64,000 nucleotides of DNA from Tubiluchus corallicola. Its lineage: Eukaryota > Animalia > Priapulida. The stretch's first letter is position 1. Every line of letters starts with the position of its first letter. Below, in pieces: positions 1 through 11,787 of the stretch. The notes below the pieces were generated by a model. That model did not search any database and was not told the DNA's origin. It saw only the letters and a list, made by a program, of their open reading frames with translations. Made by a program: the position numbers and the translations under genes. Location of the stretch: assembly GCA_030141605.1 (NCBI GenBank), contig JAQGDQ010000002.1, forward strand, positions 2,728,001 to 2,792,000, in the 5' to 3' direction.

Positions 1-643
1 CTTTGCAAAATGATAATCAAAAAGTGATGCAAAATGATAATCAAAAAGTGGAAATTTTTTTGTAAGCTTCAGTCACGAAACACGAATTAAAATTTACTAT
101 AGATTTTATTTTGAATGAAGCAACTCAAGCGAACATCCGTTCACACGTTATGGTAAGTTACTTATTTGATTAGTTTTCATAAAAATAAATTGTATAATTA
201 TGTTCTTAACATGCTTGTTTACTTTTAAAAGTTTGTAAACTGTCTAAACAAGTCCGCATCCTGTATTATTATTGGGCGATAGTGTACAATGTTTATTAAT
301 TGTCATACAGTTTAAGGTTTATTAATTGTCATACAGTTTAAGTCGTTATTTGTTTGTACGTTTATCACTAAAATGCCGTATGGGAAGTTTTGAAATTGCA
401 CAACTGTACAATTGTACAACTTCTTTAGAACCTGAAATTTTTCGTTCTATTTTGGCTTTATCAGGTGATGGTACTGTAATTATATTACAGTTTTACCATT
501 TGCATTAAAAATTGCAATCGCTCCAAAATTACATTTTAAAAACTGTATGTACGTATAGCTTTTATCTTTTTTGAATCACTAATCACATCAACACTCAGTT
601 CACTATTTCTTTCTGACATCATGTTAATAATTACTTTTTGCAG

Positions 644-2011
644 GCACTAGTATCTGCAGTCCCTCCCAGAGCACCCAGACGTAGGAGCGGATCTCGATCA
701 TTTAGACGTCCTACAGGTGGAGCTCTATTACCAGGAACTGGAGACCTGAGTTTACGTCCTGTGGGCCATGGGCCCAGAAAACGGGGTGGAGGATGCCAGG
801 GCGAGGATTTTGCATCAAGATGCCAAGAGGACGGTGGTTCAATAAAATGTGACGAGGATCTTATGGCCATGTCTGAATGCGTGTGTAACCCAGATGAGAC
901 CTTCTGCATCGAGGCAAGTTTTATAATTAGCGCTACGAATGTACTTGTGTAGGCAGAAATACAGTGCTTTATTTTCTCACTTTATCCACGCGCAGTGCTA
1001 AAATATTCTTTTAGACCACACACTCCACTATTAAGAAGAGGGCAAGGCATAATTTGCTGCACTTACGCACTATGGTTTATCCATTTCTTACAAAATGAAA
1101 TTATAATCCTGTGTTATAGCTTCTTTGCTCACTTACTGATCTATTTCTGGTGCAACTTTGAATCTAATCTAGTGGCATTTGAGTGTCTTACCTTCTCCAT
1201 ATCTGCCAAGATTTGGCATGATAATGTACTATATACTATATGTATGTCACGCATGTCTGCTTCACACTTCCAGAGTAGACTGCTAAACTGCTTACATGAC
1301 CTAAATATATTTACATATGATAAACGGTAAAGAGTGGTCCGCTAAATAAATTACTTAAAAAACTAATTACACGATAGAAAAATAAGATTTATTTAAAAAA
1401 TTATAATATCATTACCAATTGTGTAGAAGCGTTTTCTAAAACTAAGAGTAGAGTAAATTGTTTAGCAGCCTACTCTGGAAGAGTGTGAAGCAGACACGAA
1501 AATATGGATATTAAATGTGTATCTATATAGTATGTATATGTGAAATGAACAGGTGCCACCGTGCCAGGAAGGAATACTGCAGATTTTGCTTTAAATCTCT
1601 TGCGTTTTCTGTCTTAATTGCTTGACTTTATGTCAGATGTTTGCAATTGCACCTTCCCCTTATAAATCAATAACTTATGCAAATTTCGTAATACAAACTT
1701 TGCGGTTTTCTGTTTTTTTTTTCAGTTGCTACGTTAGTCTAGTCGTTAGTGACACTGCTTGATGTTTACCTGATTTAAGTTTTATGTAATATCTGGACAT
1801 TAAAATCTAAATCTAAAATGAATGTTATCGAGCATGTTTTTTGCAGATACAAAAAAGGGACGTTCCGTGCGCATGCGTGAATGCTGACGGTGAAGACGTT
1901 TGGGGTCGTTATCCACCATTATGTCACATCCGTCCTGGTGAAACCGAAGAAGATTGTCCTTGCACCTACGCCAACTTTGTAATAAACAATGGGTGTACGC
2001 CAGCTGAATAA
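644..2011 (+). CDS. Secreted Arg/Pro/Gly-rich + 12-Cys protein, paralogue A (5' partial; exons 644-913, 1847-2011)
   Basis: Acceptor tttttgcag before 644; exon reads ALVSAVPPRAPRRRSGSR...GPRKRGGGCQGEDFASRCQEDGGSIKCDEDLMAMSECVCNPDETFCIE; donor GAG|GCAAGT; acceptor ttttttgcag before 1847; exon IQKRDVPCACVNADGEDVWGRYPPLCHIRPGETEEDCPCTYANFVINNGCTPAE*. Cys spacing, intron position and phase match the gene at 4404-8559. Signal-peptide exon not located. Confidence 0.8.
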
Positions 2012-3880
2012 CTGTAGCCTGCTTTGTAGTCAACTGTTGCCTTTTTACGTAATAATGTTTCAAAATGTTGTCTGTTAAGCTTGGTCTAAAATGTGAAAAG
2101 AGTTGCAACAACTCATACGGTTTGGCTGAATAGATGTGACACTTGTATTGTATAAGCAGTTCCTTGGTTTACAATTTAAGACCTGTAGCGCCATCTATTG
2201 GCAAGAATGAGAAAACATCGTGAATTAACTTAACAAATCTTTTATTTGTGCAGAAACTAGCAAGGAAAAAATAGAAAAATTAATGCACACATTACAGAAA
2301 TTTTGGTTTTACTGGTATCAAGAAAATCAAAGACATTTTTGTACTGTTTTAGCTTTCACTCTGATATCTATTTAGCTAATAAAGCTCAGCATGTTATTTT
2401 TTATTACGTGGAAGTTTTATATTTGACTTTCTTGATTAAACAAAATGATGATCTATGTTGATCCGTTTAAGAGAATATTCTGATTTAATAAATGATCTAT
2501 AGATATTATATGGTTTCATCCACATTGATCGTAGAAGCCGGTTATAACCAAAGTCATGGTTTACATGGTAAAACTGAAACTATTCGAATACATTGGCTTG
2601 CATATTGCAATGATATTGACTTGACTATATTCATCAGCAATTAACATGAAACTGGTGTCAACGAGTGTGCAAATTTATTCAAAATAGAAAGCAGGAACAC
2701 AAAATGACTCAAATTCTATTGAGATGAAGTATGTAACAAACTGCGCCAAGCCAGTTAACCAGATGACATGTGCATTAATGACCAGCCATGACGTCATTAT
2801 TCGTACGCATTGAGTACTATAGTTTCAATTTTCACTTAGCGGAACTCGCCTGTGATGCCGCAAAACTACTGAGTTTATAACTGGTGAATTTACAAATGAA
2901 AGGTACACATCGTATATAAATATGTAAATGCATTAAATTATTAATTGGTAAACTAATATAAAAAAACGGCATTACTTCAGGGACACCATAATAATACTAC
3001 AAGTGGCAGGAAGTTTTTACTTATTTTTATTTTAAAGAAAGACGGGATAATTTTTCACATCCTACCCAATTTTCAAGTACAGTAAAAAGTATGCATGTAA
3101 ACACTGGTAATATTGCAAAAATGTTCCCATAATTAAATAATAGATTAAAGTCTTAATTAACGGCGGGCGAGCCCAACTATTGGTGACATGACATAATTTT
3201 CAACAGCAAAAACATTCGACGAGCGTATTGAACGTGTTTGCGAAAGCGTAGATTTCAAGTATAGTGCTACTGTAAGAGATTCAGTGCTTTGTACTAAATT
3301 TGCGCAAGGTATAAGATAAAAATTTCAATTTTAAATTTACCGCTGTGATCAAGCATTAGCTGTCTAACGTGTGCAGTACGTCACAAACGGACACCTTTGA
3401 ACTGAGATGTACAGCATCTGTTTTTTGCACGACGCGTTTCCGAAATGCTGGCACTACTGCCCGTCTAACTAGCCAATGGTGAAATGCACGTAACAGCGAA
3501 GAACTGTAGTGGCTCCGACGCGAAATTGCGTTTGTGTGGTAATAATTCATTCACGTGAGTCATTCTTGAAAAAATAGCATGTTTTCCTTTAAATATTTTA
3601 AAGCGAAGATTGTTTTGGCCTTCATTTTACGATTGGTGAGTTACCTTTAACTTTATTTCGGTACCTGCATACAGTACTATAAAACTTAATTATAAAGATA
3701 GAGAAATGACAATAAAATAGCAAAGGCAGTAATTAGTTCAAATAAAATACAGGAATAAATGTCAGAATAAAGGAACTAAAAGAAATATAAACAAAGAATC
3801 AAAAAATGAGAAAAGGGCAGAGAGTGGGTAGTGTGCGATTATAAAAATGAAAAAATGAGATAAGCGATGGGAGCAAAAAT

Positions 3881-4010
<130 letters not shown>

Positions 4011-4403
4011 TTGTTCAAAATGTCTGCTATGAATTTTAAAAGAGGAAAGAACATGGATGGAAAACAAAACCGGTTATGGAGGCAACAGATGAGAGAAAAT
4101 GGTTGGGATCTCTACTGCAAATTTAAAAGAGGAACGCAAAGTAAAAAAGGGTTGTGAGCAATCAAGAGAGAAAGAGGGGGGAAGAAGAAAATGAGATGAC
4201 AGGTTAGTGAAAAAAGCTCTTTCCTGTTTTATTCAAGGTCTCTGCTATGCACGAAACAGCCATTATTTCGCTATTTCGCTTTATGCATGATTACTCTAGA
4301 GTAAAATCTCAGAAACGTAGCCTTTTAACGCAGTTCCTCGCAGCAAGGATCGCAAAGAGGATCAAGATCGAAGCTAATTGTTGTTGTAGCTAAAAAGATC
4401 ATC

Positions 4404-6924
4404 ATGATCAACCTAAAAGGAGTTATTGGAATGATGGTGCTATATGTTCTAATAGCTGAAGTAAGTTGCATATAGTTTTTATTTATGCCCTACTTAATAC
4501 TAAAAAGAAATGTATATCAAAAAGGTTCAGATACTTAAACAAATTAAATTTAAATTGGTGTTGTCAAAATCTTACCTTAAATTTCTGTAGTTTTTAGTTT
4601 AGTCAGTTTAAAGGTATGTCTAAGTTAAAATATTGGTGAATCACGCTAAATAAAATTACATAATACTTCTAATCTCTAGAAATGTAGTAGACGCTTATTT
4701 TCGGCAAGTTTAAAACCGGTAAAGGACTATATGTAAATTATTAATTTTTAAATATTTTTTGCTTTTCTTGTGCCTGCGCAGACATTAAATTTTCGGTTGC
4801 GCATCTAAAACTTGCAAAATCTGTGAGAGCGCGCAGACATATGTAACCAAAATTGCAGAACAAGAAGTTACAACTCTTGTTCAAATTTTTAGTTGCACAA
4901 CTGTTTTAGAAGTTGCAAAACTATTGTACGACGCAACACACAAATAACGGTGATATGAATGAGATTGAGTAGTAAAATATCATAGGTTCAAAGGTCAGGA
5001 GTTCAAGTGACAAAAAAAAGAAATAGCAGGGGTTAACATGTAAGATGGAGATAACTGTAATAAAATGTGCTTTTATTGTTTGACGTAAATAGTTTTATGT
5101 TTTTATATCGCTTTTTATGCTGAAGTAATCTAATCTAATGTAATCTAATCTAAAAGTATGTACTTTAAGTGCATCGAAAATTCAAAGTGCATGGGTTAAA
5201 TGTCAGAGGACAGAGTGTTGGTGCTAACACGTCTAGATAGTTTTTGAAAGATAAAGTCCAAGGTCAAGGGTGAAATACTGGAATCTAAAAGAACGAAGTA
5301 TCAATATTCAAAAGAAGGATATAATGCGGGAGAGGAATAAAGTCTGTCGTACACGAAGCAAAGTCTGTATGCAACAACTTATATGACATAGTTTTTTGCT
5401 CGTGTGCGCGCTCGATAAACACTGCTTTTCAAACTTTACTGCACACAGATTTTTACTCATCTTACTCTCGTACGACAATTTGCATCATGCAAAAGCAGGT
5501 CAGACAAATAAAAAGCAATCATTTGTTATCTAGTAAATGTTTACAGTGGTTATCCGTACAAAAGTTGCTTCATATAAAAGCTGCCGCGTGCGCAAAAATA
5601 TTGTGTTAATGCCGTTTGCGTCACACAATTTGTTTCTTACACATGTGACTAATATTAACGTACAAATCTCAAAAAAATAGTGTCAAGAAACGAGAGGTAT
5701 CAGTGTTCAAATTTCAAGGGGAAAATGTCAGCAGGACAAAGTGTCAGAATTCAAGTAATGATCTAAAGTGCCATGTCAGATGGATAAATGTCTGAGTTGA
5801 AACACCGATGAAAGGATGTCGGGTTTCAAATGTCAGCTGACGAAAGGTCACAGGACTCACTGGATATAATTACAGTCATAGTCTGCCCGAGGATAGGAGT
5901 TGCGCCATTACAACAGTGTTCATTAGTTTTTAATGAGTTCCTGCATAAATTCCAAGCAGGTCGTAACTTGGTCCGAGGTCTAACAGAGGAGTTATAGCAA
6001 TAAAATTAATTATTTACTATATTTATTTTGTTTCCAGGACCATCATCGCCATCAAGGAAAATAATGAAAACGTATTAAGCGAAAATGTAGATATTTGTAA
6101 TTTTGGATGTTTTGAAATAATATTTCAAAAAAAAATAACGAGAACAATATTGCATTTGCGTCTGAACGTAATGTTAATGACAGGATCACAGAAGACAAAT
6201 TATTAAATTTTACACTAATTAAGTTAGTTACCGTTATTTGAGTTCATTAGCATTAACACCAGGAGCTACACTAGGCTATTTCGGAATCGTATTCAAATCA
6301 AGCCGCACAGTCCAATGAAATAATTAACCTTTCTTAATCAAATACAAAACGTTTCCTCTTTTATGGTGTCTACCTAATACATGTACGATTGCAAGTAACT
6401 ATAAGGAGAGAGAGTAATTTTAAGATACACATATAGTGTCAAGTCTTATAGTACCAGCGTTGCGCCTATAATAACCGAAGGACCTGCTGTCTAATTTCCT
6501 CAGCCTGCAGCTATACGTAATTGTGCAATAAAAGGGGTGAATGAGCTCTTATAACTGAAAGTGCTTGAAAATGCAAACGAATTAAGAAATATTGTCACAT
6601 CTGTTTATTTACACTGTCACAGGGTTTTGTTAAAGAAATTCGGCATATATGGCTTATTTTTGACCAATTAAATTCTAAATGAATTTATATAAAATCAAGT
6701 GAACCTCTGGGAGAGGCCAAAGTCCCGCCCCCCGGTATTCTCGTGTCACTTGCGAAAAATCCATGAGGATCAGGAAACAGAGTTATTCCATACGGATGTG
6801 ATGATTATATAAGGCATTTTATAATAACAAAACTTCAAGAATTCCCAATTATAATTTCTGAAATCAAAAGTGTGTGTTTTGGTCGAGGGTTCGACCCAAG
6901 TCATCACTCTTCTAACTGTTATCG

Positions 6925-6955
<31 letters not shown>

Positions 6956-8559
6956 GGGATAGCCTTTTGAAAAAAACCTAAAGCGCCGTGAATTCGCAAC
7001 GAATTGTCACGAAACTTCATACGAATATGCAAGAATAAATTCCGTTTCGACTGATGGAGTCGGTTGTTCAATCAGCCATGCTAAATTCAAGACGGCAGCG
7101 ATAACATTATTTTCGAAAGAAGCTTAAGGCTCCGCCAATTCGCAATGGATCGTCATAAAACCTCACATAATATACAAAAATTCTAGAAAATATACTGTTA
7201 TCAGAACGAATTCTACGAGTCGGATTTTTGATTTGTTATATCAAATTCAAGACGGCAACAGTGACGTCATTTCGAGCATAGCGAGTCCCTCGACCAATGA
7301 TTCGATTTGAACTTTTTTTGGTTATGGAAACGCTACTTGGATACCCTCAAAAAGTTTTGATCAACTAATTTCAACATCTTTTTAATTTGAATTTGATCAG
7401 ATAAAGTGAGAATGATTTTTTTGCCACCGATAGCAATGCACATAGTCTGCTAAATTGACTGTAACTTTCTTTTTTAGGTTTACTGCCAAACTCCGGGACG
7501 CGGCGGCCCCAGAGGTGGCAAACCTGACTTTGAATTTGGTGGTGGAGGCAGAGATGGTCGAGGATTCGAAGGCGGGGGTCGTAAATTTGGTCAAGGCCTT
7601 GGTTTAGGCCGTGGTTACGGTAGAGGTAGAGGAGGACGCAGACGTGGTTGCCAAGATGATGACTTTCTTCAAAAATACCAGGCGAAATGTAGTCGATTTA
7701 ATTCGACAGCTACCGTAACATGTGGAGACTTTGACACGGTGCACGACTGTTTGTGTGTGGACGGAAACTGTATGCAGGTGAATGTGAATACCTGTAATTA
7801 CCAGGGTTGCCGCGGGTGTGAACTTTTACATCTATATCCATGGATATCCGGCAACCCTGGTAAATAATTACTGAGTTATTATTTTAATATTTGTCCAAGA
7901 CGAAGGCGTCTGCAGCAGGCCAGCAACAAAATTACACAAAATTATGTATCCGTCAAATTACAGAGGTACAGATTACTTAACATTGGAAAGGTTACGTGTC
8001 AAGCAATGTACATTGCTGTGACATTCGTTGCCTGAATCGTTTAAAGGAGCTCCGTCTAAACAAAAAAATTATAAACGTATCATTTTAAAGCTCGTTTACA
8101 CCGGACAAAAAACATTCGACTTTTACTTCACTGCCCGTTAATAAAAATCACTAAGCTGTCTATGTTAATGTATTTTGTCCTCAGTAAGGTTATTGTTTAT
8201 AGAGCGTCTGCATAGAACAAAAACAAAATACGTTGCTCCCTTTATAAGCCGGAAGTCTACTCAGACAGTTCTCGCATTTTGCTCTGAATCTTGGATTTAC
8301 TGTGTTTGCTACTAACTTTTAATTAGTTTAATATAATTAATCGGTTATTGCGTATTGATTACTGCAGATAAAAGCACGACTCGGTGATGACGCGAGATGT
8401 CAATGTCTTCATGAAAACGGTGACCCGGTACTTGGATTCAATGGCCAGCCATTGCGTCTACGACACCTCAGAGCCTGCTATGTTACTGAAACCTGTGACT
8501 GCAGCTATGCCAACTTGCTGATTAATGAAGCGTGTACAGTAGAGTCGACGCAGCCCTAG
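4404..8559 (+). CDS. Secreted Gly/Arg-rich + 12-Cys protein, paralogue B (exons 4404-4460, 7478-7777, 8368-8559; 182 aa)
   Basis: Exon 1 MINLKGVIGMMVLYVLIAE|gtaagt (signal peptide); exon 2 VYCQTPGRGGPRGGKPDFEFGGGGRDGRGFEGGGRKFGQGLGLGRGYGRGRGGRRRGCQDDDFLQKYQAKCSRFNSTATVTCGDFDTVHDCLCVDGNCMQ|gt; exon 3 IKARLGDDARCQCLHENGDPVLGFNGQPLRLRHLRACYVTETCDCSYANLLINEACTVESTQP*. All introns phase 0, GT-AG, no internal stops. Confidence 0.85.
6875..7300 (+). mobile_element. HINE/DINE-1-like (Helentron-associated) non-autonomous element
   Basis: Subterminal inverted repeat TTGGTCGAGGG (~6879) / CCCTCGACCAA (~7288), 5' hairpin, (GTT)n microsatellite ~6924-6955, internal diverged tandem duplication (two aaattcaagacggca copies). 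Confidence 0.5.
7798..7863. mobile_element. Tiny internally deleted hAT-like MITE / inverted repeat
   Basis: 15-bp perfect inverted repeat TTACCAGGGTTGCCG...CGGCAACCCTGGTAA around a short spacer; CAGGG termini. Confidence 0.55.
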
Positions 8560-11552
8560 CCGCACCTCTTAACCTTCACTATCTATTAAAAAACAAATTC
8601 CAATTTTAGCATTTGATCCCATGCATAGTTAGTAGCCAGTTGTCATAATACCCACGTAAAACATGTCTGGGCTACAGACTTTTGTAGAGTAAGAGCGACA
8701 TCATATATGTTAAATACGGCACAATAAACAACAATGTTCTTATTAAAAAAATTTGCAAAAACAGTTTCGAAATTTGAATAATTTAAGAAATGCCTGATGT
8801 TTTTGGTTATTATAACTAGCAAACAGAAACAAATTTTGGGAATAGATCCGCATCGGTCAGTCAGAGTTAGAGACAAACCAAATTAACTATCTGGAATAGC
8901 ATCAGATAGTTCATTAAAATGTGAACTATCTCAGATTACAACCATTGTAGTGAGCAATTTTTTATTCTGAGACAAACAATATGAAGTCTGAAATAGTCGG
9001 AAATGCTTAATACATGTATAACAAACTTCACACGTGTAGTTGTTTTCTAGCACTAAGAAAAGTTTCGGCAAATATGTATGTCAGGAAAATATGTTTTTAT
9101 GCATTCTTTGAAATTTTGGACTTGATAATTGGTCTTGATAGCGCGGCGCAAACGTACTTGAATCAGCCATAATCTTGAATAAACTATAATCTATTATCAA
9201 CACTATCTATATATTCATATGTTTATATATATATTGCTAATGAAATAACACAAGATTTTCCATGATAAAAAATGACACTTATTGAAATTCACAGCATTCA
9301 TTCGCAGATTTCTTCATCTTGCAGAATGTTAGAGAACCTGTGATTCTTACTAACTTCTGAACTCTTTTCCTTTATTTTAAGTTCGTGTTACTACTCAGAG
9401 AGCAAAGGTGATAGTAGCCATGCAATCCCCGGCTGTAATCGAAGGAATTAAGCAATGTTTTTTGCCAATATGAATACGTAAATTATGGCTTTCTGGTGGA
9501 GGGAGTAAATTCAATGAGTGTAATAAACGTAACAAATAATTGACAAAGAGAAAACTGCACAATCTTCCATGTCCTTGGAATATGTTAATAATGTCTTAGT
9601 TTGATGAAACTCTTCAAACATCAGTCAAAATCGTCATATTCATGAATTAATTTGCAAAATGATAATTCAAATACAAAATTCAAAAAGCAAATGTTGGAAA
9701 ATAGCTTTTCGTTTTTTGTGCACGATTTGGTACAGTTTGGTTAGATTTGTATTTGACCCTGAGTAATTCTTGATTCACCCTCAAGCTAGATAAGTTGCGT
9801 CACTGTTTGCAAGTGTATAATCAACTACAGGCAGCAGTTGATAAAACCACTAGATTTCTCAATCCCTCCCTCGAGCCTTCTTTTCCAGCGATCAAAGATT
9901 CTGAGTTGGCAAAACACGGTTTATTTTTCTAGATTTTTTAGAGTCTCCATACGATTTTCTTTAAGTGTGTGCTTGTGACTTAGTGACTGAAGTTCCTTGT
10001 TATTAAAATAAGTTTTAGTCAAATATACACTTAGTTTGAATAAATGATTTATAAAGAAACATATATTTATATAAAAATTGATCGAAAATGTTGACCTGAA
10101 AAGTCGACCTTTTCATACGTAATGCAAGAAACGGGCATTTCTGACTAACTTATTTATAATCTTAAATTAATGACCAATGATTAACGATGGAATCAACGCC
10201 AAATTACTGAACTTTGATGCCAAACTTGACCGAAAAGCAAAAATGGCTTAGCATAAGAAAACCACCTACTGTCTACACAACTAGGTGCTAAACATTATTT
10301 AAAACATCACAGAAAGTGGATTTTTGCTCTTTTAGCTTTTTTCTTATTCTAGTTTGATTAAAAATGTCGTCGACGGCGAAAGTATTTTCATAACGATAAC
10401 AAAAATTATGCAGAGCACTTTTATGTTGATTCCGTAGGTGCTATTATTGTATTAAGCAAAAATTTTTGCATGCTATAGTGCAACTAAAACATAGAATGGT
10501 CTTAATTACTGACAATTTATGAACATATGATAATAATACTTGCTGCTGGAAGACTATTGTCACTGAATGCTTGATTCAAATAAATTTATGTATGTTTCGA
10601 AATTCTGTGCAATTTATATCAGAAAAATCACAACAGAGAAGGTAGAATAGGAAAGGAAGACTACTAAGTCCGCTATTAAATTTAATTTGTTTTCTCGTAA
10701 GCTTGTGCCAAAATGATTCATTATTGAAAGTTGTTTGGAAAATGAATACAATTAAACGAATGAAAAAGTTCCAAAAGGTCGAACAGTCTAAACATATCTC
10801 TACAAGATGACGTACCGTGTTTTATGATAACTTTTCTAAAAGCAAAACAATACAATCCCACAGAATTGTGCACATTTTTGGAGATTTGTTTTTTTTATTT
10901 GGGAAGACTATTTTGATTTCTTTCATATAAAATCCTATAGTTTCAACCAGCGTACATATAATTATCTAATCTAAAGTTATTTCGCTGTTTCGTCAGCGAA
11001 TAAATTCATCAGCTTAACACGATAAGCTCATAAAGTATACTATTTCAACCAAATACAACGTACAATCTTGCATAACACGCGTTATTTTAGTGAAGACTAA
11101 TTTTTTTCCACTCCATGCAGGTAACGTTGTATGTCTTACTAGCATTTCACAAAAATGGTTTAGACTATCTAAAAATACGCATAATCAATGAAATGGACTA
11201 ATTATTCCTGTAACGCTAAAAGTGTAAACAGATAAATGAGCCGGTTAAAGTAAAAATGGCTTGCTTGGCTTCTTAAGTGCACTGCTCATAGACTAATAAG
11301 ACATGCACCATAAGAGGCAGGGTAGCTATAATACAAAGCAGAAGTAGGAATGCATAATAATATTGTCACCGTGTAATAACTAATTAATCGGATCCAAAAA
11401 CATATATATATAACCATGTTCCAAATCATCAAAAAGGCTGTTGTTATTCGACGGGGAATTTTTATTGGCACTCTACGATGACGACGATTAAGTCCACCCC
11501 CTTGACAATGTAACAGCTCGACGAATGGACTGTAGGCCTATCTTATACCAGA

Positions 11553-11608
11553 TATAAAACGGCCGTATTCAAGAAACTGGCGTCTTTCGACCGGTGTTAC
11601 GTCGTAGG
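11553..11608 (+). promoter_or_regulatory. TATA box and probable non-coding exon 1 of the EGF gene
   Basis: TATAAAA at ~11553, then donor-like AG|GTACGT ~55 bp downstream; acceptor tttcatttcag at 11781 just before ATG 11788. Confidence 0.55.
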
Positions 11609-11787
11609 TACGTACGTGATGGTTGCAATTTCACTATATAGTTTAACTATTGCTGATATTTTGTATTTTGTTTTAATTATTGAGTCAGTTATTGTGTGTC
11701 ACGAATTGTAACTATACGTATTTTTAGTTGTTTAAATCTAGCATTTATTTGAATACGTTAATTAAAATAGTTTCATTTCAGGTAATT

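Noticed and set aside
120-160. Donor ATG|GTAAGT as exon 1 of paralogue A
   Set aside because: Would give only Met before ALVSA with no hydrophobic signal core; the true first exon probably lies upstream or is unresolved.
6039-6065. Strong acceptor ttttgtttccag inside paralogue B intron 1
   Set aside because: In-frame reading DHHRHQGK stops at once and no good donor follows; not needed for the gene model.
6884-6900. GGTTCGACCC resembling a tRNA B-box
   Set aside because: No A-box or cloverleaf; explained as the 5' hairpin of a HINE-like element.
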